Source: Planctomycetaceae bacterium
GTDB taxonomy: Bacteria; Planctomycetota; Planctomycetia; Pirellulales; UBA1268
Reading direction: 5' to 3'
Assembly: GCA_027486095.1 (NCBI GenBank)
Contig: JAIXPT010000338.1
Coordinates: 1 to 51,622, forward strand
DNA: 51,622 bases
In this document: positions 25,801-34,048 of the stretch, piece after piece
How the letters are laid out: each line of letters starts with the position of its first letter
Position numbering within the stretch: the first letter of the stretch is position 1
Translations under genes and position numbers: made by a program
Notes under the pieces: generated by a model
Told to the model about the DNA's origin: nothing
The model's input: the letters and a program-made list of their open reading frames with translations, nothing else
The model's database searches: none

Positions 25801-27190
25801 GGAGGTTTGGCTCTTGGGCCACGTAGCAGCCGCCATCGGCGATCTCGAGGCCCGTCGGCAGATGGAGGCCGTCGGCAAACACCGTTTCCCTGTCGGCCTT
25901 GCCGTCGCCATCGGTGTCTTCGTAGATCAGAATTTTGTCGTTGACGGGCGTGCCCGGGAAATACTGCGGGTAGCAGGGCATCGTGGCGATCCAGAGCCGG
26001 CCCTTGGCGTCGAACGCCATCTGCACGGGGTTGGCCAGATTGGGAAACTCGACCTCCGAGGCGAACAGATTCACCTCGTAGCCGTCCTCGATCTCCATGA
26101 GCGCGAGCGACTCCGCGGGCGTCGTCGCCGGGGCGAGCGCCTCGGGCTTGACGTTCGTCGCCACTGCCGGCACCTCGCCGGTGCCGGAGTCGTCGATCGC
26201 GTCGGGCACGGGCTTGCCCTGGGCCACGTCCCAGATCCGCCGATCGCGCACGGCCGTCATCGCCCGCAGCTTCTTGAACTCCGCCGGAAAGTTGACCGTG
26301 CCGTAGGGGTTCTTGCGGCCGCCGTAGATGTAGCAGCCGTTCACGCCGCGATGGTCGTAGAAAAACTGCAGATTCTTCTCGTTCACGGCGGCCAGAAGCT
26401 TCGCCCGATCGACGGTGGCCTCGGCGGACCTCGCCCCAAACAGCGCCTCGTCGAGCAGCTTCGCCATCTCGGCGTCGCCATGCGCATTCATGTGGATGCC
26501 GTTGATCGTCCAGCGTCGGTCCGCCTTCGCCATCGCCGCCAGGCTCGGCGTGAAGAGATCGACGAACACGGCCCCCTGTTCGGCCGCCACCTTCCGCATC
26601 GCCGCGGTGTAGAGGGCGAGATGGCGATTGGTGGCGGCGCCGTCGGGCAGGCCCGGCTGCTTCAAGTTCTCATGCGCCGTGGGCGAAACGAGCACCACCC
26701 GTCGCACCGGCTTCGTGCCGCCCGCCGCGGTATTTGCACCGCCGGCTTTGTCCCACTCGCCGCCAGGCGACGTGTAGCGGTCGATTGAGAAGGGATCCTT
26801 CACGAATGCCGCGAGATCCTTCTCGAACTTGGCGATGCCAGCCGGACCGGCAAATGACTCGTTGAATCCGAACATCGCGATCACCACGTCGGGCGCGTGG
26901 TCGGCGAGGTTGCTGCCATGATCGTGGAAGCCCTGCGACCGCAGGCGGATCGTCAATTCGTCGGCCGACCAGCCGAGATTGCGCACATAGAGCTCGTGCC
27001 GGGGAAACCGCTCGTGCAAGAGCGTCTCGAAGTTTCCAAAATACTGCATGCGCTCGGCGAGGGTGTTGCCGACGAACACCACATGATCATGGGGCTGGAG
27101 TTCGAGCCGAGCCGGCTCGGCGGCGAGGGAGTGCGTCGCAAGAGTCAGTGCCAACGCACACGCCAATTGGATGCTCAAGCAAACGTTCAT
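22802..27190 (-). CDS. Giant PVC-type protein: SGNH-like N-domain + putative membrane-bound dehydrogenase beta-propeller + HEAT repeats + CxxCH heme-binding domain
   Basis: Signal peptide MNVCLSIQLACALALTLA. VVFVGNTLAERMQ shows GNTL in place of GDSL. DTDGDGKAD and FRPVDLEFGADGCLYLVDWYN are propeller motifs. HEAT-like helical repeats follow. CMKCHAI is the heme c site. Start re-called to ATG 27190. Confidence 0.85.
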   Translation of the reverse strand: MNVCLSIQLACALALTLATHSLAAEPARLELQPHDHVVFVGNTLAERMQYFGNFETLLHERFPRHELYVRNLGWSADELTIRLRSQGFHDHGSNLADHAPDVVIAMFGFNESFAGPAGIAKFEKDLAAFVKDPFSIDRYTSPGGEWDKAGGANTAAGGTKPVRRVVLVSPTAHENLKQPGLPDGAATNRHLALYTAAMRKVAAEQGAVFVDLFTPSLAAMAKADRRWTINGIHMNAHGDAEMAKLLDEALFGARSAEATVDRAKLLAAVNEKNLQFFYDHRGVNGCYIYGGRKNPYGTVNFPAEFKKLRAMTAVRDRRIWDVAQGKPVPDAIDDSGTGEVPAVATNVKPEALAPATTPAESLALMEIEDGYEVNLFASEVEFPNLANPVQMAFDAKGRLWIATMPCYPQYFPGTPVNDKILIYEDTDGDGKADRETVFADGLHLPTGLEIADGGCYVAQEPNLLFLEDTDGDDRADIRTIVLDGFDSADSHHAIGAFACDPAGGLLMMEGTFHQTAVETVRGPNRCSNAGIFRYDRRREQFDVFVSYGFANPWGQTFDRWGQYFVADASGGANYFGTAFSGDIDYPHKHGGLKQFLQKQWRPTSGCEFVSSRQFPDDAQGNYLLNNCIGFQGVLQYKMREDGSGFAADPVDPLLKSNDRNFRPVDLEFGADGCLYLVDWYNPLVGHMQHSLRDPNRDHAHGRIWRVKAKDRPLVVPTKIAGEPVAKLLDALEVYEDRTRYRARAELRARPAAEVIPATEAWIAGLDAKDPELPHHLVEALWVFQAQDVVNEPLLDRVLASPEPKARAAAVRVLSFWRERAGDAYGRLRKAVADEHPLVRLEAVRALSFFRDQEALNIAIESLVMPQDDYLSYVFNETVKTLSRRVPAAVAGGASGSAKPLVTLLESGRLPENRVGTAVSMLLERGGPEELGWLFAEFVEPAKIPASQRAAIAAGLVQAAVERGIKPTGELKPLEPLLQDPDRGQQIPAIKLAAAWREAALVPALHELAAGEKAGGEPQRQAILALATLGTPEARATIESLCESSRPEPVRLFAIAALAKLDAAAAATRTAQVLAGVAADKLPKDLLDALLDRRDGPAALAAALASRPPSADVAKMFLRHMYATGRTEPAVADVLTKAAGIAAAGAPPAHEEIVRLAGEVMAKGDPARGEAVFRRAEIACMKCHAIAKAGGNIGPELSAVGSISPPEYVVASILNPDASIKEAYVTRNVITDSGEVHTGILVDRDDLRVRLRDATGKMITIPAADIEEEVEGKSLMPKGLTAFLTEQEFLDLARFVSELGKPGPYAIRSTPTIQRWKLLENPPADFANAASNAVPADDQVQKQILNGRGLRWTSAYAKTAGGLPLDDLIAPGGSAGHSVWLLGEITADAAGPVDLRLGVPDGTAAWLGAARLDLANTGAVPLAKGGNKLLLRVPIAAGASQDVRAEVRKTKDSPRRVDVVGGT

Positions 27191-27264
27191 TCTTGATTTC
27201 CCAGGGATTGATTTGTTCGTGGGAGGCGAGCCAGTATCGTGATGCACCGGTTCGGGGGCGGCGT

Positions 27265-27340
27265 GGGGCAAAAGTCCCTGTGCGTGGCCAGCCACAAAAA
27301 GCCCGGAGCGGAAGCGACGGGACCTGCGTAACGGCAATCT
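27265..27340 (-). repeat. Interspersed repeat family A, copy 2 (inverted)
   Basis: The reverse complement reads agattgccgttacgcaggtcccgtcgcttccgctccgggctttttgtggctggccacgcacagggactttt. It aligns with 13436..13505. Confidence 0.8.
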
Positions 27341-27387
27341 TAAACGCTGAATTATAGCCGCCAACGAGCCCGGCGAGGCTGGTGGAT

Positions 27388-27828
27388 TCACGTCGCCGGG
27401 GTGGCGGCAAACTCTCCGTGGACCGTGAGCACGAGCCGGCGGGGGCCGCCGCGATCGCGATGCTCGCACAGATAGAGGCCTTGCCACGTGCCCAGGCACA
27501 GCCGGCCGTCGGCGATCGGCACGGTCACGGAGCTGCCGAGCATCGCGGCCTTCACGTGGGCAGGCATGTCGTCGGGGCCTTCGCTCGTGTGGACGTAGGC
27601 CAAGTCTTCACGGGCGATCTCATTGAATGCCATCTCGAGGTCGTGCGGCACGTCAGGGTCTGCATTCTCGTTGATGCACAGGCTGGCCGATGTGTGCTGG
27701 ATGAACACCTGGAGCAGGCCGACACGCACCCGCGAGAGCTCCGGCAGCGCAGCCTCGACCTCCGCGGTGATCAGGTGAAATCCACGCCGCCGCGGCGCGA
27801 GCCGCACGTGTTCCTGGAGCCAGGCCAT
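27388..27828 (-). CDS. YjbQ/UPF0047 family protein (secondary thiamine-phosphate synthase-like)
   Basis: GFHLIT.EV, HTSASL.INEN.DPDV..D, H...GPDDMPAH.KA...G.S..VPI..G.L.LGTWQG.YL.EHR signature. Start re-called to ATG 27828. Confidence 0.85.
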   Translation of the reverse strand: MAWLQEHVRLAPRRRGFHLITAEVEAALPELSRVRVGLLQVFIQHTSASLCINENADPDVPHDLEMAFNEIAREDLAYVHTSEGPDDMPAHVKAAMLGSSVTVPIADGRLCLGTWQGLYLCEHRDRGGPRRLVLTVHGEFAATPAT

Positions 27829-27924
27829 CAATGATCCTCCGTCGTGCCCGGGCTGTCGCCCTCCACGCTGGCGAGATCGCACGTGCGTCCGCTACATTCG
27901 CGTGGTTTCAAGGCCGAGATCATC

Positions 27925-30900
27925 ATGCACGAACTGCCCAAGCAATACGACCACACCGCCGCCCAGGCCCGCTGCCGTGCGCTGTGGGATACAAACCGCA
28001 CCTGGCACGCCGAGCCCGCCCCGGCGGGCGACCCGCGGCCCGTTTTTTCGATCGTGATTCCGCCGCCAAACGTGACAGGCGCGCTCCATCTGGGCCACGC
28101 GCTCAACAACACGCTGCAAGACGTGCTCGTGCGCACGCGGCGGATGCAGGGCTTTCGCACGCTCTGGATGCCCGGCACCGACCACGCCGGCATCGCCACG
28201 CAAGCGGTCGTCGAGCGGCGGCTTTTGGAAGAGGAAAAACTCTCCCGGCACGACCTCGGCCGCGAGGCGCTCGTGGCCCGGATCTGGGCGTGGAAGGAGC
28301 AGTATGAAAAGCGGATTCTCGGCCAGCTGCGCGACCTGGGCGCGAGCTGCGACTGGGACCGCACGCGGTTCACGCTCGACGACCAGTGCGCCGCGGCCGT
28401 CCGCGAGGCGTTCTTCCGGCTGTTTCACAAGGGCCTCGTGCGCCGCGGCAAGCGGCTCGTGAACTGGGACACGTTTCTGCAGACGGCCGTGAGCGACGAC
28501 GAGGTGTTTCACGAAGAGGTGAAGGGCCACTTCTGGCACATCCGCTACGACGTGATCGACCCCAATCCCGGCGAGCCCGTGAGCGTGACCGTGGCGACGA
28601 CCCGGCCCGAGACGCTCCTTGGCGACACGGCCGTCGCGGTCCATCCGGCTCCGGCGGCCGCGCTCGACGCGGCGGAGCGGGCGCTCCGCGAGAAACGGGC
28701 GCTGGCCAATGCGAAGGAGCATGCCGAGATCGATCGGGCGCTCGACGACCTCACGCAGCGTCGCACCGACCTGCTTCCCCTGCTCGACACGCTCGCCGCC
28801 ATGGCCCGGGCCGGCAGGCAGGTGCGTTTGCCACTCCTCGGCCGCGCGATCCCGCTCGTGGCCGATGAATGGGCGAAGCCCGAGATGGGCTCGGGCTGCG
28901 TGAAGATCACGCCGGCCCACGACCCCAACGACTACGACGTGGGCCGGCGGCAGAGCCTGCCGATGCTGAACATCCTGAACCCCGACGGCACGCTCAACGC
29001 CGAGGCAGGCCCCTACGCTGGGCTCACGATCCCGAAGGCCCGCACCAAGGTGGTGGGCGACCTCGAGGCCGGCGGACAGCTCGTGCAGGTGGAAGACCGG
29101 GTCATCGAGCTCGCCCATTCCGACCGCTCGAAGACGCCGATCGAGCCCTATCTGGCCGACCAATGGTTCATCCGCATGGATGAGATCGCCCAGCCCGCCC
29201 TCGATGCGGTCGCGGGCGGCGCCGTGCGGATCTTTCCCGAGCGGTATGTGAAGAGCTATCTCGACTGGCTCGGCGAGAAGCGCGATTGGCCAGTGAGCCG
29301 CCAGCTCTGGTGGGGCCACCGAATTCCGATCTGGCACGTCGAGGGCGTGGCCGAAGCCGACCTGGCGACGGCATTCGCCGGACGCGACGGCGTGGCCTGG
29401 GCGAGCGACGGCGGCGCGGGCTGGCATGTCTGCTCCCGCGATGAATCGCTCGGCGTAGACGGGATCGCCGGGCACAAACTCGTGCGCGATCCCGACGTGC
29501 TCGACACGTGGTTCTCGTCGGCGCTCTGGCCGCACTCGACGCTCGGCTGGCCCGCCGCCACGCCCGAATTGGCCAGCTTCTACCCCACGAGCACGCTCGT
29601 CACGAGCCGCGACATCATCACGCTCTGGGTGGCGCGGATGGTGATCATGGGCCTCTTCGACACCGGCAGGATTCCATTTCGCGACGTGGCGATCCACCCC
29701 AAGATTCTCGACCGCTACGGCGAGACGATGAGCAAAAGCAAGGGCAACGGCGTTGATCCCGTGGACGTGATCGAAGCCCTCGGCGCCGATGCGCTCCGCT
29801 TCGGCATGACGAGCATGGCCACCGAGACGCAGGACGTGCGCATGCCCGTCGAGTTTCAGTGCCCACACTGCGAAGCCCGAATCGAGCAGACGACGCAAAA
29901 CCGGATGCTGCCCCGGATCGCATGCCCGAAGTGCAAGCAGGCGTTCCGCACGCAATGGGCTGCGAAGCCGGAAGATCTCGCCCTGCCGCGCGGCCCGGCC
30001 CTCTCGGAGCGGTTCGAGGCGGGCCGCAATTTCTCCAACAAGCTCTGGAACGCCACCCGCTTCGTGCTCATGAACCTCGAGGGTTTTGCTGCGGGTGGCC
30101 TCGCTCCTGACACCGCCGCCGCCGAGGCCATCCCGCTCGAAGACCGCTGGCTCATGAGCAGGCTCGCGAGCGTGACTCGCGATGCCACCCGGGCGATCGA
30201 TGAGTATCGCTTCGCCGAAGCCGCCCGCATCCTCTACGCCTTTACGTGGGACGATTTCTGCAGCGCGTATCTCGAGCTCTGCAAGGCCCGGCTGGCCGAT
30301 CCGGCGACGCGTCCGCAGGCGCAGGCGATGCTGCTTCTCGGGCTCGACACGATCCTGCGGCTGCTGCACCCGATCATGCCTTTTGTCACCGAGGAGATCT
30401 GGCAGCATCTCCGCACGATCGCAGGGAATCGCCGCACGCCGTGGGATGCCTCCGCGCTGCCAGAGTCGATCATGGTGGCCGCCTGGCCCGCACCGCCGGC
30501 CGCCTGGGTGGATGGCCGCACGGAGACACAGTTTGGCATGTTCCTCACGGTGGTCGGCGCGATCCGCGAGATCCGCTCGCGGCAAAACGTGCCCCCGCGC
30601 ACGAGCGTGAAGGTGGCGCTGCGAATGCCGGCCGACACGACCGCGCTCCTCGCCCCGATGCTGGGCTCGCTCGCTTCGATGGCCGTCGCCGAGATCACGG
30701 CGGCGGGGCCCGAAGCGACTGGCTCACCCGGAGCGGCGACGGCGACGGCCGGCGGCTGTGACGTGTTCGTGGACCTCGCCGACCTGATCGACGTGACCGC
30801 CGAGATCGCCCGCATCACCAAGGAAAATGAGAAAACGGCCGGCTTCATCAAAGCCAAACACGCCAAGCTCGCCGATGAAAAATTCACCGCCAAGGCCCCG

Positions 30901-31002
30901 GCCCAGGTGGTGCAGAAGGAGCGGGAGCAGCTCGCCGAACTGGAAGCGAAGCTGGCCAAAGGCCGCGAAACCCTCGCGGCGCTCGAGCGCCGTCCGACGT
31001 AG
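27925..31002 (+). CDS. valS: Valyl-tRNA synthetase
   Basis: PPPNVTGALHLGHA (HIGH), TMSKSKGN (KMSKS), editing domain, anticodon-binding domain and C-terminal coiled coil. Start re-called to ATG 27925. It carries an extra CxxC-X17-CxxC insertion (see findings). Confidence 0.95.
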   Translation: MHELPKQYDHTAAQARCRALWDTNRTWHAEPAPAGDPRPVFSIVIPPPNVTGALHLGHALNNTLQDVLVRTRRMQGFRTLWMPGTDHAGIATQAVVERRLLEEEKLSRHDLGREALVARIWAWKEQYEKRILGQLRDLGASCDWDRTRFTLDDQCAAAVREAFFRLFHKGLVRRGKRLVNWDTFLQTAVSDDEVFHEEVKGHFWHIRYDVIDPNPGEPVSVTVATTRPETLLGDTAVAVHPAPAAALDAAERALREKRALANAKEHAEIDRALDDLTQRRTDLLPLLDTLAAMARAGRQVRLPLLGRAIPLVADEWAKPEMGSGCVKITPAHDPNDYDVGRRQSLPMLNILNPDGTLNAEAGPYAGLTIPKARTKVVGDLEAGGQLVQVEDRVIELAHSDRSKTPIEPYLADQWFIRMDEIAQPALDAVAGGAVRIFPERYVKSYLDWLGEKRDWPVSRQLWWGHRIPIWHVEGVAEADLATAFAGRDGVAWASDGGAGWHVCSRDESLGVDGIAGHKLVRDPDVLDTWFSSALWPHSTLGWPAATPELASFYPTSTLVTSRDIITLWVARMVIMGLFDTGRIPFRDVAIHPKILDRYGETMSKSKGNGVDPVDVIEALGADALRFGMTSMATETQDVRMPVEFQCPHCEARIEQTTQNRMLPRIACPKCKQAFRTQWAAKPEDLALPRGPALSERFEAGRNFSNKLWNATRFVLMNLEGFAAGGLAPDTAAAEAIPLEDRWLMSRLASVTRDATRAIDEYRFAEAARILYAFTWDDFCSAYLELCKARLADPATRPQAQAMLLLGLDTILRLLHPIMPFVTEEIWQHLRTIAGNRRTPWDASALPESIMVAAWPAPPAAWVDGRTETQFGMFLTVVGAIREIRSRQNVPPRTSVKVALRMPADTTALLAPMLGSLASMAVAEITAAGPEATGSPGAATATAGGCDVFVDLADLIDVTAEIARITKENEKTAGFIKAKHAKLADEKFTAKAPAQVVQKEREQLAELEAKLAKGRETLAALERRPT

Positions 31003-31082
31003 GGACAGGGCTCCAGTCCTGTCCGGTGTAGGGACAGGGCTCCAGTCCTGTCCGACGTAGGGACAGGGCTCCAGTCCTGTCC
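30996..31082 (+). repeat. Three tandem 29-nt REP-like units, each GTAG + hairpin GGACAGG-gctccagt-CCTGTCC
   Basis: Units are at 30996-31024, 31025-31053 and 31054-31082. They are identical apart from the first 3 nt. The valS TAG stop (31000-31002) lies inside the GTAG of unit 1. Confidence 0.9.
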
Positions 31083-31085
31083 ACC

Positions 31086-31107
31086 CGACAGGCCTGGAGG
31101 CCTGTCG
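31086..31107. repeat. Variant hairpin of the same family (CGACAGG-cctggagg-CCTGTCG)
   Basis: Immediately follows the tandem array. It has the same stem sequence and a different loop. Confidence 0.8.
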
Positions 31108-31150
31108 CTCCAGCCACATGAAACGCTCGCCGTTTTGAGATACCATCACG

Positions 31151-31191
31151 GAAGGGCGGGTGCCGGCGGCCAAGAGCGCGGCACGCCCTTC
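31151..31191. other. Strong GC-rich hairpin (13 bp with a 2-nt bulge, 13-nt loop) upstream of the BFN nuclease gene
   Basis: gaagggcgGGtgccg - gcggccaagagcg - cggcacgcccttc. Confidence 0.5.
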
Positions 31192-31226
31192 CCTCGCCCA
31201 CCAGCCCCGCACGTCGGAGTCGAATC

Positions 31227-31628
31227 ATGACCGTCCAGATGGAGCTCTCGCGGATCATCATCAGCGAGATCAACGATCAGCAGGTCGTGTATCTCAAAGA
31301 GGTCGAGGGCGACCGCACGTTTCCGATCCTGATCGGCCTCTTCGAGGCCACGAGCATCGATCGCCGTGTGAAGCACCACCAATCGCCCCGGCCGCTGACA
31401 CACGACCTCCTCGTGGCCAGCGTCGAACTGCTCGGCGGAGAGTTTCAAGACGTCGTGATCAGCGAACTCAAGGAACACACCTACTTCGCCACGATCCGCG
31501 TCGTGAAAGATGGCGAGGTCGTGGAGATCGACGCCCGCCCGTCCGACGCGATCGCAGTGGCCGTGACCTGCGAGCCGAACCTTCCGATCTACGTGGCGGA
31601 AGAAGTGCTCGAGAGCGTGCTCGGGTAG
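31227..31628 (+). CDS. Bifunctional nuclease (BFN/DUF151) family protein
   Basis: FPILIG..EA..I........RPLTHDL........G....V.I..L...TY.A.I.......EIDARPSDAIA.A is the family pattern. Confidence 0.85.
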   Translation: MTVQMELSRIIISEINDQQVVYLKEVEGDRTFPILIGLFEATSIDRRVKHHQSPRPLTHDLLVASVELLGGEFQDVVISELKEHTYFATIRVVKDGEVVEIDARPSDAIAVAVTCEPNLPIYVAEEVLESVLG

Positions 31629-31920
31629 CGACAGGCTCCAGGCTGCCCCGCGTAGCGACAGGCCCGGAGGGCCGGGTAAATTCCAGCCGACAGCGTCGGC
31701 CAAGCGAAAATCGGCACGACGCCGATGTTTCGCGTACAGACAGAGCTGGAGCTCCGTCGCTACATCCAAACATCCGATACGCCTGGAGCTCCGTCGCTAC
31801 GTTCCGCACCAGGCCCGGAGGGCCGGGTTGATTCGAGCCGACGGAGTCGGCCAAGCGAAAATCGGCACGACGCCGATGTTTCGCGTACACACAGAGCTGG
31901 TGCTCCGTCGCTCCATCCGG
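31625..31920. repeat. BIME-like mosaic: GTAGCGACAGG-type REP units in both orientations plus two copies of a ~109-nt unit (31659-31767, 31810-31918)
   Basis: Plus-strand units begin with GTAG at 31625 (containing the TAG stop of the BFN gene) and at 31652. Degenerate inverted units end at 31763, 31800 and ~31912. The 109-nt units are near-identical and contain hairpins gccgac-N3-gtcggc and atcggc-acgac-gccgat. Confidence 0.85.
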
Positions 31921-31924
31921 CAAG

Positions 31925-32287
<363 letters not shown>

Positions 32288-34048
32288 CTACAGTCCAAAC
32301 GCCTTCCGCAGCACGCGCAGCGACTTCTCGCCATGCTCTGCGGCTACGACCACATTCAGCCGCACCTCGCTCGTGCTCACGAGGTCGATGTTGATGCCTT
32401 CGTCGGCGAGCGGCTTGAAGAGCCTGTCGGCCACGCCCGCGTGGCTGCGGATGCCCACGCCCGTGATCGAGAGCTTGGCCACGTGCGGCACGTCGGCCAC
32501 GGTCGCCCCGCGGGCGGCGGCGATCTTTTTGGCGGCGTCGGTCGCCCGGTCGCGATCGCCGGCCGGCACGGTAAACGAGATCTCGGCCCGGCCGTCGCGG
32601 GGATGGCTCTGCACGATCATGTCCACATTGAGCCCGGCCCGGCCCAGCTCCTCGAACACAGCGGCCGCCACGCCCGGCGTGTCAGGGAGGTCGGTAAACG
32701 TCACGAGCGCCTGCGACGAATCGAGCTGGCAGTCTTCGATCGCGAGGTCTTCCATGCCCCCGAGCCGCTGCACCACCTCGAGCGGGCTCGACTTCACGAG
32801 GTGCGTGCCCGCGACGTCGGCCTCGCCGTCCACCGTCTCCGCTTCGAGGCCGAAGGCCCGGTGCACCGCCTGCACGGCCGCCTGGGCGTCGGATTTGTCC
32901 ACGAGCGCCGAAATCTTGATCTCGCTCGTGGTGATCATGCGCACGTTGATGCCGGCGGCCGAGAGCGCCGAGAACATCCTGCCCGCCACGCCCTCCTCCC
33001 GCTCCATGCCCACGCCCACAACGCTCACCTTCGCGAGCGAGGCATCGTGTGAAACGCCCGTCGCCCGCAGGTCGTTCGCGACCGCCGCGGAGAGTTCGAG
33101 CGCCTCGGCGAGGTCGTCGGCAGGCACCGTGAACGAGATATCGGCCCGCCCCCCCTGCCCGACGTTCTGCACGATCATGTCCACTGCGATGCCGCTGGCG
33201 GCCAGCCGCGAAAAGAGCGCGTGGCTCGACCCCGGCTGGTCGGGAACATTTTCGAGCGTGATCCGCGCCTCGTCCTTGGCGAGGGCCACGCCGCTCGCCG
33301 GCCGGGGCGTCGATTCCTCGGCCGAAAGGATCACGGTGCCTGGCATGTCCTTGAAGCTCGACCGCACGAGCACCTTCACGCCGAATTTCTTGGCGAACTC
33401 GATCGACCGCGAGTGCATCACGCCGGCCCCGAGGCTCGCCAATTCGAGCATCTCGTCGTAGCTGATCGAGCCCAGCCGCCGGGCCTCCGGGAGCATGCGC
33501 GGGTCGGTGGTGTAGACGCCATCGACGTCGGTGTAGATCTCGCAGAGGTCGGCATCGAGCACGGCGGCCAGCGCCACCGCCGTGGTGTCGGAGCCGCCGC
33601 GGCCGAGGGTCGTGATGTTGCCGTTTTGATCGATCCCCTGGAAGCCGGCAGCGATCACGATCGCCCCGTCGGCGAGCAGGCTTTTGACATGCTCGGTGGA
33701 GATCGACTTGATGCGGGCCTTGGTGTGCGTGGAGTCGGTGCGGATGCCGATCTGGGCCCCCGTGAGGCTCACCGCCTTGTGGCCGAGCGCCTGGATCGCC
33801 ATCGCAAAGAGGGCCACGCTCACCTGCTCGCCGGTGGAGAGGAGCATGTCCATCTCGCGGGCGCTCGGCCGATCGGTGATCGCCTTGGCGAGATCGACGA
33901 GGATGTCGGTCTGGTGGCCCATCGCGCTCACCACGACGACCACCTGCTTGCCCTCCTCGTGCCGCGCGATCGCTTTCTTGGCCGCCGCCACGATCTTCTG
34001 CGGATCAGCCACGCTCGTCCCGCCAAACTTTTGCACCACCAGCGCCAT
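32288..34048 (-). CDS. lysC: Aspartate kinase, long form with duplicated ACT-domain pairs (586 aa)
   Basis: MALVVQKFGGTSVA, VVVVSAMG.QTD, GGSDTTAVALAA. Two successive ACT pairs follow (AKVSVVGVGM..., AKLSITGVGI...). The ATG shares 1 nt with the upstream stop (TGATG). Confidence 0.92.
   Translation of the reverse strand: MALVVQKFGGTSVADPQKIVAAAKKAIARHEEGKQVVVVVSAMGHQTDILVDLAKAITDRPSAREMDMLLSTGEQVSVALFAMAIQALGHKAVSLTGAQIGIRTDSTHTKARIKSISTEHVKSLLADGAIVIAAGFQGIDQNGNITTLGRGGSDTTAVALAAVLDADLCEIYTDVDGVYTTDPRMLPEARRLGSISYDEMLELASLGAGVMHSRSIEFAKKFGVKVLVRSSFKDMPGTVILSAEESTPRPASGVALAKDEARITLENVPDQPGSSHALFSRLAASGIAVDMIVQNVGQGGRADISFTVPADDLAEALELSAAVANDLRATGVSHDASLAKVSVVGVGMEREEGVAGRMFSALSAAGINVRMITTSEIKISALVDKSDAQAAVQAVHRAFGLEAETVDGEADVAGTHLVKSSPLEVVQRLGGMEDLAIEDCQLDSSQALVTFTDLPDTPGVAAAVFEELGRAGLNVDMIVQSHPRDGRAEISFTVPAGDRDRATDAAKKIAAARGATVADVPHVAKLSITGVGIRSHAGVADRLFKPLADEGINIDLVSTSEVRLNVVVAAEHGEKSLRVLRKAFGL

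Noticed and set aside
23483-26788. 1101-aa ORF on the plus strand. Similar very long ORFs occur at 27892..30585(-), 43521..45443(-), 45548..47071(-), 47340..49718(-), 35228..36883(+) and 31964..33461(+).
   Set aside because: All lie antisense to genes with unambiguous homology (the giant dehydrogenase, valS, groEL1/2, dnaJ-grpE, hom, lysC). Their translations are Arg/Gly/Pro/Ala-rich and low-complexity, as expected for stop-poor frames in high-GC DNA.
30996-31082. Possible CRISPR array, because of regularly spaced 29-nt palindromic repeats.
   Set aside because: The repeats are directly tandem with no spacers, there are only three units, and no cas genes are present. They belong to the dispersed REP-like family.
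31146-31923. Track ORFs 31146..31769(-) and 31468..31923(-), which contain the recurring peptide AKHRRRADFRLAD.
   Set aside because: They are translations of the duplicated 109-nt repeat units and REP-like elements. One overlaps the well-supported BFN nuclease gene on the opposite strand.
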